This document shows positions 1 to 12,304 of a stretch of DNA of 20,000 nt, in pieces (positions within the stretch are counted from its first letter, which is position 1; every line of letters begins with the position of its first letter). The notes under the pieces were generated by a model. That model saw nothing but the letters and a program-made list of their open reading frames with translations, was not told the DNA's origin and did no database searches. Both the position numbers and the translations under genes were made by a program. The stretch covers positions 21,750,194-21,770,193 of the forward strand of contig JBOZIK010000001.1 of assembly GCA_051453625.1 (NCBI GenBank). The letters run 5' to 3'. The stretch is from Welwitschia mirabilis (lineage: Eukaryota).

Positions 1-699
1 AGTTTGTTAATTAATTAAATATTCACCTTAAATTTAATTCAACCTAATCATTGTAAACCTTCTAAGGAATGAGATATATTAAATATTTTTGAAAAATCTA
101 GGTAATATTAGATAATCTAGAAACTAATTCCTACCATGAAAGGCATTGACTATAAGAATCATTTGAAGTGTAAATGACGCAACTTTTAAAAATACCAAAA
201 TTAGAAGTAAAAGTAGCCCAAGTTTTCCATTTTTAATTATCCTAATCATATGATTATAGAGAGTTATTCCACATTAGATGAGTTACAATACTATCACCTC
301 TCCACCCTTATAAATAATACATAGAAACATAGAATTCATTGAAGTCCTTATTAAAGGATAAAATTTTAATTTCTTAAAAAAGAATAAAATTAACAGAGGT
401 AACTAAACAAAGACATGAACTAGTAAAGTAGTAACTTATCATGGTAACATAGGTCTATGAGACTATGTATCAACTTATATGTAGGAATGCTTAGAGTTTG
501 ATATATTGAAAAAATACATCATAATATTACAATAACTTCATAACCCAAAAAAATGGCAAAACATCCCTTATAAAATCATCAATAAAGGGAATGTTAAAAT
601 TAAAACTTTTAGTAATTATACCTTCTCTTGGGAGTACTAGCACTACAAATGCTAAAATAAATGATTTCAGTGAAAGCCACTAAAATCTAATAATTTCTC

Positions 700-1330
700 T
701 TCACTTAAGGATATAATCAACAAAGCTAGAATGGGATCTTATCATCTTAGAGTTAAAATAGATAAATGGAGTAATATTATAAAATATGAAGAACAAGTAG
801 ATTTTATTTACAAAACATCATTAAAGATGGGCATTATATTTTCTTCAATGTTACTATCTAGAAATTTTTAGATGAAAATGGGATACGATTACTATAAAAA
901 TTTATTATTTATTCTAACTTTACACTTTGAAGTTAGACCATTTTATTGAGGTAGTATTTTACAAATGCCTAATGAATCCATTAGCTATTTTCCTAAGCAT
1001 ATGCTTGGAATTACATATAAATTCTAGTGCAATAGAGCATCCACATGTTCCAACTTATAACCTCTTATACAGAGGAAAAGTGTTTTACTAGTTGAACTAC
1101 CACCCAGTTGGTAAAAAATCACTACTAAATTAATAAATATATTTATTATATAAAATAACAAAATAACTATGAAAAGATTAGAAATAATAAAATCATTGAT
1201 CTTATATAAAATCTTCATAACTATGAAATGTAAATTCAAATATATAACTAGAACAAATCTTCTCACTAATCATTATTTAAAGGTAAAAACACATATAAGA
1301 GGTGAAATCCTAATAATGAGATTATTTACT
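700..1330 (+). pseudogene. Highly degenerate Ty3/gypsy (chromovirus-like) integrase relic
   Basis: Manual translation across frameshifts gives collinear motif remnants: KDIINKARMGSYHL (cf. ILxEAHxSxYSIHPG), LEIFR*KWDTIT at about 858-893 (cf. LEIPEWKWDxITMDF), SIHM..YNLLYRGK at about 1036-1079 (cf. SIxMAPYEALYGRKC), PVGKKSLL (cf. EVGERKLLG) and HYLKVK (cf. HVFLKVSP). The catalytic core appears deleted. Boundaries approximate. Confidence 0.45.
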
Positions 1331-3099
1331 AAAGATAATAATTATGAAATTAATATGTAATTTATATTTTACATTGATGATGATAAGGATTCTACTTAAA
1401 TTCTAATCATTGGTGTGGTAATACTACATAGTTTTATTTAGTCAAATAAGAATATGCAAATGTTTAAAATTCTATTTAAATAATTTTCTTATCAAACTCT
1501 TTTTTAATTACTTGTCTTATTTAAAAATTTTTCCTAGTCATTTCACAATAATTAAACATTTATTTTCAAGATCTTAGATTTTGTATTAAGATTTTATCAT
1601 TTCTATGCCTTAGTACATAATAAGTTCTTAAAACATCCTATATTTTAGTCAATTATTATACATGTATTAAATTCATTTTGTTAATAAGAAAATTGCAAAT
1701 CCTTAATTATAAATTTTTTCTCTAAATAGTTTTAACTATTTTCTATAACATTTGTATTTAATTTTAATTAATAATTTGTTAATAAAATAATGTAATGACA
1801 ATGGCTATCCCATCCAATCCATTTTTTTCTACCTAGTACCTAATGAAGATTAAGACATTAAAGAAACAGTTAGAACACTTAATTATTACATGTTTCAAAA
1901 TTTTCATAAGAGATACTATAATATCTCTTACATATAATATGATCAAAATAATAATAAAACCATGTAATTATTTGTAAAGGCTATATCCACCATTGATGTA
2001 AAGCATGCCATAAAATCATGGACATGGGATGAAAATAAAAAAGGAATGAATACATAAATATCAATAGTTAGATGCAAAAATTTTTAACTAATAATGAATC
2101 TTACTAAAAATTCCTTTACAATAAAATAAAAGTAGGTTTTATACTAAAATATATTTCATTCATTCTCATTAATGCAATTCTACTTTATCTATATTAAGTA
2201 TTCCCTCCAATGATTGTTTGTCTTAGACACATGCATATTTCTTTTTCCAAATTCCCTTTATTTTCTTATATTTTTACCTTTATTTTTTTAATTTTTTATA
2301 GTTATGAATAAATCCCTTTATATTATTTATCAACTACATTTAATTTAACTAAAATATGTAATGTTTATGAGAACTTGTTAGTTATTATTTTTACTAATCT
2401 AGGGGTATCCTCTGAACTATTTATACTTTTCTCATATAATATGTAGATGACAGAATAGTAGAGTAGTTTTGGCATCTTTTAGTATAGGATTCTTAATTAA
2501 TTATAAGTTTTCATTAAGATATCCTTTACTTTTTAGAATCCTATATTGATACTCCATGTTTTAATCATGGACTATGCTAATATTATGGAAATATCTTATA
2601 CCTATACTAATATAAAGATGTTTGAAAGATTAAATGATTAAATCAATATATGTGAAAAATTAAACACTAGTTATTAATTGGATGAATGAAACCTTAGTAG
2701 TATAGAAAGGTGAGAAATTCCTACTTTAATTTTCTAAAACTAGGAAATATGAGTTTGGTTTCATAAGAAGAAGAGAGAAAGAAATGCCTTTTATAGTCTA
2801 AAGAGCTATTTTTAATGATAGTATTTATGGTTTTCTATTATGACAATAAGTTGACAAACTAATGTATTTTATAAATATAATTATCTATAAATATAAGAAA
2901 TTTGTACTTCATGGACATACATTAAAAGATATATTAAAACATGTAAGAGTCGTTTTATGTTCTTCTTAGTTCCTTTTTTTTTAAAGATTAAAAAATAGCT
3001 TTTCTCTTTCATGCAATATAATGAAAAATATGATTTTCACAAGCTTTTAATTTTAATCTTTATGTCATTTAATAAATATTAGAGTATAGGTTTTGAAAA

Positions 3100-4180
3100 C
3101 ATGGTGATAATAACTACCACATTAGAGATAATATAATATCATATTTGAAGAAAAGATTAAGTAGATAAAAAAGTTTAATGAAAGCCATAATAAAGAAGTT
3201 TAATATATTATTGAAAAATAATTTCATTCAATAATTTGACTAAGGATAATAATGGAGAGAAAAATCTTAAAGTTAGGTAATGAAAAGTAAGACTATAAAA
3301 ATGTTTAAATAATCTAGTAAATAGTAATAAGTATCAAGGTAAGGGATTATTTTTCCGTAGACTTGTAATCACATGTTTCTTGATTATAAAAGGGTTTAAC
3401 ATCTATTAAATAACATTTTTAAATTAACATCTATCAAATAACATTTTTAAATTAACATCTATGAAATAAGGTTCTTATACTATCATAGATTTATTATATA
3501 GAGGTCATGATAATATCAAAGTTAGTGGACATGTGGTTTCTAAAGTATGATTGGATATTACATTAATACTTTAGTAGAAAACTTGTATTGGGAAAACAAA
3601 GATCATTTTTAAGAATAAAAAATGGATTATTAAAAAACTTTAAAGATAACTCATGTAAAATTAGTTGGGATATTAAATTGTAAGAAACACTAGAAAATAT
3701 AAGGATTCTTATGAGAATTGTATGAATTCCTCTTAAGTTGAAGTGTGAATTTTTTAAATTCTCAACTTTGATAATAAGGCATGAAAAAAAAAGGAAAAAA
3801 CACATCTTATGACTTAGTAAAACTATCTATAACTTGATGTAAATGAGAATACGAATAGTGGAAATAACTTCTATTGAAATTACTTATAAAAAACATGATA
3901 ATTAATTTCAATTCAATTATCTATTCATGAAACATTATACTAATAAAAGTTTAAAAATATACTCATTTATCATAATAAAAGTGCATGGGTTGAAAATAAT
4001 TAACTTAAAGATCACAAAAAAGCGTTTGAAGCCAAAGTAACTCGCAACTAATGCAGGCTACAGTATAGTATTCAACTTTAGCTCACGATCATCACATGGC
4101 TTTTTATTTTTTAGGCTACCCTCACAAAGTACTATGTTCTAGGAAGGTAATGTGTCTAATGATAGAATTCCATGTGAAAA
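3100..4180 (+). pseudogene. Highly degenerate Ty3/gypsy reverse transcriptase (possibly into RNase H) relic
   Basis: Collinear remnants in shifting frames: LPH*R at 3114 (cf. LPPxR), KKFNILLKNNFIQ at 3193-3231 (cf. KxQLxELLxKGFIRPS), YFSVDL*S at 3348-3371 (cf. FSKIDLRSGY), ENIRILMRIV..LKLKCEFF ending about 3755 (cf. EHLRxVLxxL..AKFSKCEFW), and a weak RNase H C-terminal-like stretch near 4100-4170. Spacing is imperfect and there are many stops. Confidence 0.4.
3396..3469. repeat. 28-bp tandem repeat, about 2.6 copies (ttaacatctatNaaataacatttttaaa)
   Basis: Copies at 3396-3423, 3424-3451 and a partial copy at 3452-3469, identical except one position (t/c/g). Confidence 0.92.
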
Positions 4181-5273
4181 TCCAAGTAACCCAACCTACA
4201 TCACCATATATAAAGAGTTATAAAGATCCATTATCTAATAGAATATTTTTTTTAAGGGATGATTTTATATAATATAAAATGCATATTGTGAGATTAAAAT
4301 CTGGTTGGCAATGTTGCTAATAGATTAACTCATTTTTCTTATTGCATAAGAGATATTTAGTTATATTATAGTGAGATAGATGAGGTTTCTAATGGAGTAA
4401 TGATATTATGATGTATCAACTAATAACTATCAATAGTAAAACTTCAAATGATTATTTCGTTTCATTATAAATTTGACTATATTAGTACAAAGGAAAGTTG
4501 TATTTATGACAATGTCATGGATATATTTTAACTAGCTAATGTATATTATATCTTTATCTACATAATTTACCATAAAATACTTTAATGTACTAAGATCTTA
4601 AATTTGAAAGGTATCATAAAGGAATAAAAGTAAATCTTGTATGAAAATATTATCATTCCTAGTGATCATAAAATGAACATAAACTAAATGGTCATAAAGC
4701 TAAATCCAATAACTAAAGTAAATAAGAAACAATTATTAACTTATTGGATTTATTTAATTACTTTGAGGGTTAAAAGAGAGAACAGCAAACTAGTAATAAA
4801 AGGCTTGATTCAAGTCATAAGTTTATTTCATTTTTGAAGGATGGGTTCATATGAAAATTAATTTTTGTTATTGGTAATAGTGTTAATTAACCTAATTAAT
4901 AAAAGTTAAGAGTAAATAAAAATATTAAAAAATAACTAAAAATATTTATTACTTAACTAAAAATCCTTTATTATAAGAAGTATCCCTTAAGACTCCATAA
5001 TGACATGATCTACTAAGATGATCTAAATAATGCCCATCAAACTAATAACTTATGAACCTAAATTAGTTTTTTAATGTATTATGCTAACATACTACGTTAA
5101 TGGATTATTTTCATTTTATAACATATTACATTAATTTCACCTCAATCGTCCTACATGTTTATGATGTATCCTTATATGATTATAACAAACTTTAAGACCT
5201 TTAATTCTCCCATAAGCTTAGAATGTTTTAGTAAACATGACAAAGAATAGCATTCATAAAAATACAATTATTG

Positions 5274-5919
5274 NNNNNNNNNNNNNNNNNNNNNNNNNNN
5301 NNNNNNNNNNNNNNNNNNNNNNNNNNNNNNNNNNNNNNNNNNNNNNNNNNNNNNNNNNNNNNNNNNNNNNNNNNNNNNNNNNNNNNNNNNNNNNNNNNNN
5401 NNNNNNNNNNNNNNNNNNNNNNNNNNNNNNNNNNNNNNNNNNNNNNNNNNNNNNNNNNNNNNNNNNNNNNNNNNNNNNNNNNNNNNNNNNNNNNNNNNNN
5501 NNNNNNNNNNNNNNNNNNNNNNNNNNNNNNNNNNNNNNNNNNNNNNNNNNNNNNNNNNNNNNNNNNNNNNNNNNNNNNNNNNNNNNNNNNNNNNNNNNNN
5601 NNNNNNNNNNNNNNNNNNNNNNNNNNNNNNNNNNNNNNNNNNNNNNNNNNNNNNNNNNNNNNNNNNNNNNNNNNNNNNNNNNNNNNNNNNNNNNNNNNNN
5701 NNNNNNNNNNNNNNNNNNNNNNNNNNNNNNNNNNNNNNNNNNNNNNNNNNNNNNNNNNNNNNNNNNNNNNNNNNNNNNNNNNNNNNNNNNNNNNNNNNNN
5801 NNNNNNNNNNNNNNNNNNNNNNNNNNNNNNNNNNNNNNNNNNNNNNNNNNNNNNNNNNNNNNNNNNNNNNNNNNNNNNNNNNNNNNNNNNNNNNNNNNNN
5901 NNNNNNNNNNNNNNNNNNN
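5274..5919. other. Assembly gap (646 N)
   Basis: Run of N; the three poly-X ORFs in the track are artefacts of it. Confidence 0.99.
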
Positions 5920-5947
5920 TATATAGAGAGAGAGAGAGAGAGAGAGA
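5920..5947. repeat. Compound microsatellite (TA)n(AG)11 abutting the gap
   Basis: tatat followed by 11 AG units (5925-5946); the TA part probably continues into the gap. Confidence 0.95.
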
Positions 5948-6148
5948 CTAATGACCTTAATTATCATCTAATCAATCATAAAAAATGAAATTCTCTAAGA
6001 GGACATTCTATTCAAATTTAGCTGGTCTTTGATCTATTCAAACATGAATCTTGTAAAAGCATTCATTAAAATACTTACAACCTAATACAAACTTAGAACA
6101 TAGCATACTTTAATTACTTCATTTTGAAAAGTTTACATATCATGTAAG

Positions 6149-6248
6149 NNNNNNNNNNNNNNNNNNNNNNNNNNNNNNNNNNNNNNNNNNNNNNNNNNNN
6201 NNNNNNNNNNNNNNNNNNNNNNNNNNNNNNNNNNNNNNNNNNNNNNNN
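6149..6248. other. Assembly gap (100 N) flanked by a 26-bp duplicated overlap
   Basis: tttgaaaagtttacatatcatgtaag at 6123-6148 versus tttgaaaagtttacatatcctgtaag at 6249-6274 (1 mismatch). Confidence 0.95.
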
Positions 6249-6651
6249 TTTGAAAAGTTTACATATCCTGTAAGCCTTTTTTTAGGCATGCATTATGTGA
6301 GTATGTAACACTATAATTTTTATCATGTAGAAAAATAATTTCTTATGTGCATTTAAATTATTAATCCTTTTCAAATGACATCCAAATTTTTCTAATAATG
6401 TTTGCATTCATGAGACTTCTTTTGTCTCTTTTAAATTAGTTACATCTTTTACTTATACAAAAGAATCTATCATTATCATTTATTACTTAGATCTTGATAA
6501 TATTAAAAACTATTTAAAAACATTAGATAAAATTATGTTTATATACACATATGTTATAACTATTATCACTTAGTATAAATCTTTCTTAGGTTCTTTTAAT
6601 GTAGCTTATTAATATTTTAATGGCATAATACATATCAGGTTGAGTATTTCT

Positions 6652-7584
6652 TGTTAGGACTAGTCTTCTTAGAGGTGAGCAGTAAATATAGAAATGTAAA
6701 GGAATTTTGCTTAAATTAAGAATAAATAACTACTATAATTATAATAAAAAATCAATAAAACTAAAAATTTCATACCAAAAAATATGTCAAACAAATTTCC
6801 ATTTGTTTATGTATTACAATAGCTACTCAAAGTACAATTGGAGCTTTCTAGTAGCTCTTATCTTTCTAGTGGTTATTAGTCTAGTATTAATTTATAATAA
6901 AACCTTCTTTTCATACCATGATTAGAGAAATAATTTTTTATATAAAAGTATAATTAAAATTAAGACNNNNNNNNNNTGAGAAAGTGATGTGGATATGAAA
7001 AGATGTAAGAAGGCTAATCATTTAATGAAACGATAGTAATGAATTTATATGCCATTCATTTTTGTAATTACTTTTTAATTATTTGATAAGTTTGGTATTG
7101 AAGGAAAAAGTTAAAATGTTTGAATTATACTTAACATTCAAAAAAATGGCTAACAAAACCTCCCATAACTATTTGCAATTTTTTCATTTTTATGATGTAA
7201 GTAATAAACAGTTGACCTAATGGAATTAGCTAATTGAATATTTACAGATGAATTGGAGTTCTAATGTAGTTAGCCTCATGTCATATCATATGCAATAATG
7301 CTATGGAATTAACCTACCTAATAGTTTCTAGTTATTTTCCATAGAAAAATATGATATGTTTATATTCTGTTTATCAGTGATTACATGCTCGGTTTTATCC
7401 ATTATTTACTTTGTTTCAAATCTACATGCTTATCTATAATAGCTTCTTATTTGTAGTTACATCCTATGCCTTTTTCATTATCATTGTCTAGAGTAACTAA
7501 GCTTACAAACATATAATATATAAGAACATCAATTAATTTAATCATAATTTGATTAGTAATTAATTAGTAATTTAAAGATTAACA
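6652..7584 (-). mobile_element. Old SIRE/Maximus-like (Ty1/copia) 3' LTR, degenerate
   Basis: Right boundary reads on the minus strand ttgtcaactatgctaaagggaaatat|tgttaa, a decayed TTGTCATCAAxGCCAAAGGGGGAGAT|TGTT PPT-LTR junction. Left boundary tgttagga...ttagaggtgagcagtaaatatag resembles the CTAGAGGGGGGTGAATAG terminal motif. tttctagtggtt at about 6863 resembles the TTTATAGTGGTTCG motif. Shares aacatcaattaat near the PPT with the LTR at 17594-19018. Contains a 10-N gap at 6967-6976. Confidence 0.5.
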
Positions 7585-8430
7585 ATATTTCCCTTTAGCA
7601 TAGTTGACAATCAAATTCATAATAGTTAGTATGTAAACTTTTAACTAGAAAATGATTTTCTTTTAATACATATACTAAACAAAGTATCCTGAGGAATACT
7701 TGATAAGGTTTAGTTTATATTACTACAAGAAATTTTAAATAACTATAATACTTTGCATAATTAGGTTTAGTTTCTTAAAGAATAAATATGTCAAATCAGT
7801 GATAAGCATATTGTAGCTAATTGTATCATCACTATAACCAATGTTCAATAAGAATACTTATTAATCTATTCAATTTGGTACATCCTTATTTAGTCACACA
7901 TACTTGGGATGCATGAAGTGCATATAATACCTACAGGAAATTAATTTTGCATAATGTAAATATCACCATGATATTATAATGTTACAATATCTATCAAAGA
8001 TAGATGTAACTATCACAAACAAGCATGTGTACTTTTCTCCTTTAACTATTAGAAATAAACATGTGTACTCTTCCCCTTTATCATCATACTATTATTTAAA
8101 TGTCATTTATATGAAAATGAAATACTTATTAATTTATATAAAAATAAAAATCAAATAATTATAACTTCTTAACATTACGAAAATAAAATAATTTAAAACT
8201 AAATATCATATCTTGACATCATACTCTCCCCATTTTTCATTAGTGATAAAGATTGATGTAAAACTAGTCAAGTATAATATTCAAAGAAAGAATAAAAATA
8301 TCAAAGGCCAGATGGACCAATAGTACTCACACATGAACAAAATAAGAAATGTGTCAAAAATTAGAAAAATAAAGAACTAATTATTTTTATTTACTAAGAC
8401 TATTATAACTAGTATGTCTCCCCTTAAAGT
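7585..8430 (-). mobile_element. SIRE-like 3' internal region with multiple polypurine tracts
   Basis: Repeated plus-strand pyrimidine tracts (tttcccttt at about 7588, ttttctccttt at about 8033, tcttccccttt at about 8069, ctctccccattttt followed by cattagtgataaag at about 8224, tctcccctt at about 8417). Multiple PPTs upstream of the 3' LTR are a known sirevirus feature. Confidence 0.5.
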
Positions 8431-9039
8431 AAGGAATACATCAAATGCTAGAGAATTCCAAGTGCTAACTAAAGTAAAAGTACTACTATTAGCCTATCTA
8501 AAGATGTAGGTTTTTGAAAAGATTAGATGATATAGAAGTAACTCCTCTAGTTCTTAGTACTATACTTAAGCAACTGATGGATTTTAAAAAAACATATTAT
8601 GAATATTTTAAAAATTTGTAAAATAGGTTAAAACTCTAGTTAATTAAAAGTATGATATATTATGCATAATAATTATTAAAATAAATTTATAGAGTAATAA
8701 CATGTATAAATTAATATTTAGGCTAAGTATATCAGTCAATTTAGCTTAATAAAGATATTAAATTAATTATTTTATTACAAAAATATGTTTTCTATCATTT
8801 TTAATATCATTTGTAAACTTATACATTGTCCATGATGATTTTAGACATTATGTTACATTCTAAAGTACATGTTAAAAGATGGAATTATTTTAGCAAAAAA
8901 GGTTAGTGTCACCACATGGGTCAATAGCATCATAGGTCTTGTAGAGTGGAAAACCTTTAACATTACATTTTGGAGTCATCTTGTGAAGGTGATTGAATTC
9001 CATTTATAAGGTCAGATAATTACAGCATTAAACTTAGGT

Positions 9040-9483
9040 AAAATGTATGAGTGAAAAAGTGTTAAATTCTTACTTGTAAAACCATAAATAAAAATCTTAT
9101 TTGAGAAACCCAAATCCTATTTTCACCTATAAAAAGGATCAAGTTCCCTCATTTGTAATAATATTTTATTGATGTCAACATTGTATTCTTTAGAGCATCA
9201 AATTTTTACTATGTCTTTGTAAGCTCCCCCTTTGGGAGTGGGCTAGTTTCAAGGCTAGCTTAATGATTCCATATCATTTTTAGTTTTGTTTCTTCAATGT
9301 ATCATAATTCTTATTATTTAATAAAATATAAGTAAATCTTTATTCTTAATTCAAAGTTTTAATTAACATTGTACTTTTAATCCTTGAACGAATCTTTATT
9401 TTATCAAATATTCTTATTTTATGAGGGAGTCTCTTTTTCTCACATTATGATTTACAATTCATTGTGCTTAATGGTATTGGGGC
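9040..9483 (+). mobile_element. Possible degenerate LTR 3' half with PBS-like motif
   Basis: cctataaaaagg TATA-like box at 9126-9137 followed by ccctcatttgtaa; tggtattggggc at 9472-9483 matches the iMet PBS TGGTATCAGAGC at 9/12. No partner LTR or clean CA end found. Confidence 0.25.
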
Positions 9484-10789
9484 ATATTTGTCCTACTTTC
9501 CATGCTTACATTAGATTGTGAAGGACCAAATGACTATGAGATCTCATCACTACTCATGTGGTGAATGATATTATGTTATCATAATCCAATCCATAAGAAC
9601 TTGGTAATTTTAAGGTTTGTTTAGAAATTTGTAATATATTATTAAATCGAAGACTTTATTGTTAGAATACTTAAGTTAGTACTCTAAAGGTAGTTTGCTT
9701 CCCTACTTTTATTCTTAAAAGACCTTTAATCAGAATTTCAATTTACATTTTTTTATTTTTTTGTATACATTTCAAGTTTAAAGAGGTTTTCTATTATTGC
9801 TATCTTACTTCCACATCAATTTATCCCTTTGAATTAAATGACACTAGGACTTTACTATAATGTAAGTATTAGTTAATTTTTGTAAATTTTATCTTTGAAT
9901 ATAGATACATATACTTTATTGAATTCAGCTTAAAATGCAAGATTAACATTTTGTCAAACATTTAGCAAGAAAATTAGTTATACCAGAAATAGGTTTACAA
10001 ATCTCAACTTTAGTGAATTCAAATTAAAAAAAAAAACTTGTATATTTCACTTTTAGAAATAGTCCTCTCAATGTAAAGTTAAAAAATATTTAAAAATACT
10101 TAAAGAAGTTAGTAGAAACTTATCAAACTAGCCAAAACTAATACCTAAGAAAAAATAAATCTATAGGTCAAATGTTAAAGGATCTCAAGAAAGTCCAACA
10201 TGATGAATCAATTTTCTATATTAACTTCATTAGAGATTTAACGACCACCTTAGATACATATATTATAGCTATAGTTGCTCCCAAAGTAATACATAAGAAA
10301 CCTTCATTTTCTTACTCCCTTTATGAAATTTGTGAATATAATTTTCATCTGACCAAAAAAATATTCAATGTCATCCACTTGTAAAGAGATGATTTTGAAG
10401 AATTTTGTGCTTTTAACAAAAGGTTTGATATGAATAATAAAAACAGTCAATAGGTTCAACAAAGAAATAATGGGTTACAACCTTCCTTTTAAAACATTTT
10501 TTAAAATAGATTAAAAAATAAAAACTTCCAATCAATTTCTTTTAACTTTCAAAGTAATTGAGGTGATTTACTTTGTGATTTTATTAAAAAACTTAGGAAA
10601 ATATAAGATACCATCAATAAGAACATTGAAAATTAAACAAAGATTTTAAAAATCTTATAAGGATATTACAATAGACCATGTTATGAAATCAAATATCTTA
10701 AGGTACTCTTACCGTCTAAAACTACCCTAACATAAATGATGTCAAAAAAGATTGGAAAGTAGTGACTAGAAGTGAAATACATACTTACC

Positions 10790-10962
10790 TGTCATAACCC
10801 ACATTTTGTAATAGAGTTTCTAAACTATGTAATAAATTTTGATATACATTTTAATGAAAATCCCTTTTTATTAAGAATTTATTTGTAGCCCTATAATCAA
10901 TAATGTATTGTATGTCAAACATTATAGATACTCATAAGATTACTTAATTATTTAATCTTAGT
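10790..10962 (+). repeat. 5' LTR (first 173 bp, cut by gap)
   Basis: Starts tgtcataacccacattttgt and aligns with 12305-12494 with about 17 substitutions and two indels by manual alignment; similarity begins exactly at the TG. Confidence 0.88.
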
Positions 10963-11062
10963 NNNNNNNNNNNNNNNNNNNNNNNNNNNNNNNNNNNNNN
11001 NNNNNNNNNNNNNNNNNNNNNNNNNNNNNNNNNNNNNNNNNNNNNNNNNNNNNNNNNNNNNN
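10963..11062. other. Assembly gap (100 N, true size probably several kb)
   Basis: Left flank is the start of a 5' LTR and right flank is mid-integrase, so the rest of the LTR, PBS, gag, PR, RT and RH are missing. Confidence 0.9.
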
Positions 11063-12238
11063 AAAATTTTGGTGGCCAGGGATGAAAAAGGATATAGCAG
11101 AATTTGTATCAAAGTGTCTAAATTGTCAGCAAGTTAAGGCAGAACATAGGAATCCAACAGGACTACTCTATCCTCATAATATTCCAGAATATAAGTGGGA
11201 TGTAATTTGCATGGACTTTGTATTAGGGCTTCCAAGAACCCCAAGAGATAATGACTTAGTTATGGTTATAATTGATAGAGCAACTAAATCAGCACATTTC
11301 ATTCCAGTGAAGTCTACTTATAGCACTAAGAATATAGCTAAAGTATATATTCAGAATGTTGCTCGTTTACATGGTGTACCCTTAGTAATTATTTCTGACA
11401 GGAACTTAAAATTTACCTCTAAATTTTGGCAAGAACTACAATTGGGATTAGGAATTAATCCAAATATGAGCATAGCATTTCATCCTAAAATAGATGGTCA
11501 GGTAGAAAAAGCCAATCAAATCCTAGAGGATCTTCTTAGAGCATATGTTCTTGATGAGCCTAAGAGTTGGGAGGAATACCTACCATTAGGGGAATTAGCA
11601 TATTATAATAGTTATCAAAGTTCTATTCAAATAGCTTCATTTAAGAATCCACTACATGAACAAAACCTGAGGAAATATTGACAATAGGACTAGAAATATT
11701 ACAAGAAATGTACAGTAAGATGAGAACCATCAAGAATAGATTAAATAAAGCAGCAGATAGGTAAAAGATGTATGCATATCATTAAAGAAGAGACCTTGAA
11801 TTCCAAGTAGGAGTTCATGTCTTCCTCAAGGTATCACCAATGAAATAAGATATGTAAGGAGTCAAGAAAACAAAACTAACGCTCAGATTTATTAGACCAT
11901 TTTAGATATTGGAATGTATTGGATCTATTACATACAGACTTACTATACCTTCCCAATTATTGCACATTCCTAATGTTTTTTATGTGAATATGCTAAGAAA
12001 GTATATTGTAGATCCTTATCATGTGTTAAATTGGTCTCATATTTAGGTGGAATCCAATTGTTCAACTATAGAGGAGCCGAAAGCAATATTAGACTGACAA
12101 ACTATCAGTTTACAGAACAAAGAGATTCATCAAGTAAAGATAAAATGGAGTAATAATATTCTTGATGAAGCTACTTGGGAGCCAGAAGAATCAATGAAAA
12201 ATAAATATTCAAGTCTTTTTAAATTACATAATATATAA
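11063..12238 (+). pseudogene. pol: Ty3/gypsy pol C-terminus: integrase (zinc-finger CxxC, DD35E core, GPF-like region) plus chromodomain
   Basis: ORF 11082-11681 reads (FWWPG)MKKDIAEFVSKCLNCQQVKAEH...CMDFVLGLP...ISDRN...DGQVE with exactly 35 residues between D and E. After a deletion/frameshift at about 11645 it continues RRDLEFQVGVHVFLKVSPMK, RFIRPF*IL, NVFYVNMLRKY and the chromodomain EEPKAILD*...KIKWSN...EATWEPEESMKNKYSSLF, with about 7 in-frame stops, ending TAA at 12236-12238. Confidence 0.95.
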
Positions 12239-12290
12239 TATTAGACTTTTAAATCATTATTTACTATGATTCTTAGGAGTGATTACTTTA

Positions 12291-12304
12291 TAAGTAGGGG
12301 AGTA
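12291..12304 (+). other. Polypurine tract of the chromovirus
   Basis: taagtaggggagta directly abutting the TG of the 3' LTR; resembles the Tekay-type TAAGGGGGGAGAA|TGT junction. Confidence 0.82.

Noticed and set aside
1024..1266. Hydrophobic 80-aa minus-strand ORF (and similar ORFs at 3563-3805, 6707-6925, 14421-14624, 17651-17881)
   Set aside because: Ile/Leu/Phe/Asn/Lys-rich composition expected from AT-rich DNA; they overlap TE relics or LTRs and show no recognisable motif.
2766..2796. Minus-strand ctataaaagg followed by a CT-rich tract (possible LTR promoter)
   Set aside because: No LTR boundaries, PBS or PPT found nearby; TATA-like strings are common at this AT content.
3527..3544. GHVVSK, an exact gypsy RT motif
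   Set aside because: Lies upstream of the KCEF-like motif rather than after it, so it was not counted as evidence.
5237..5967. Three long ORFs of 226-237 aa
   Set aside because: Almost entirely X; produced by reading through the N gap.
10172..10789. 70-aa ORF and a faint resemblance of YPNINDVKKDWKVV to CACTA transposase-associated sequence
   Set aside because: Single short motif, no consistent frame, no CACTA termini; cannot be supported without a search.
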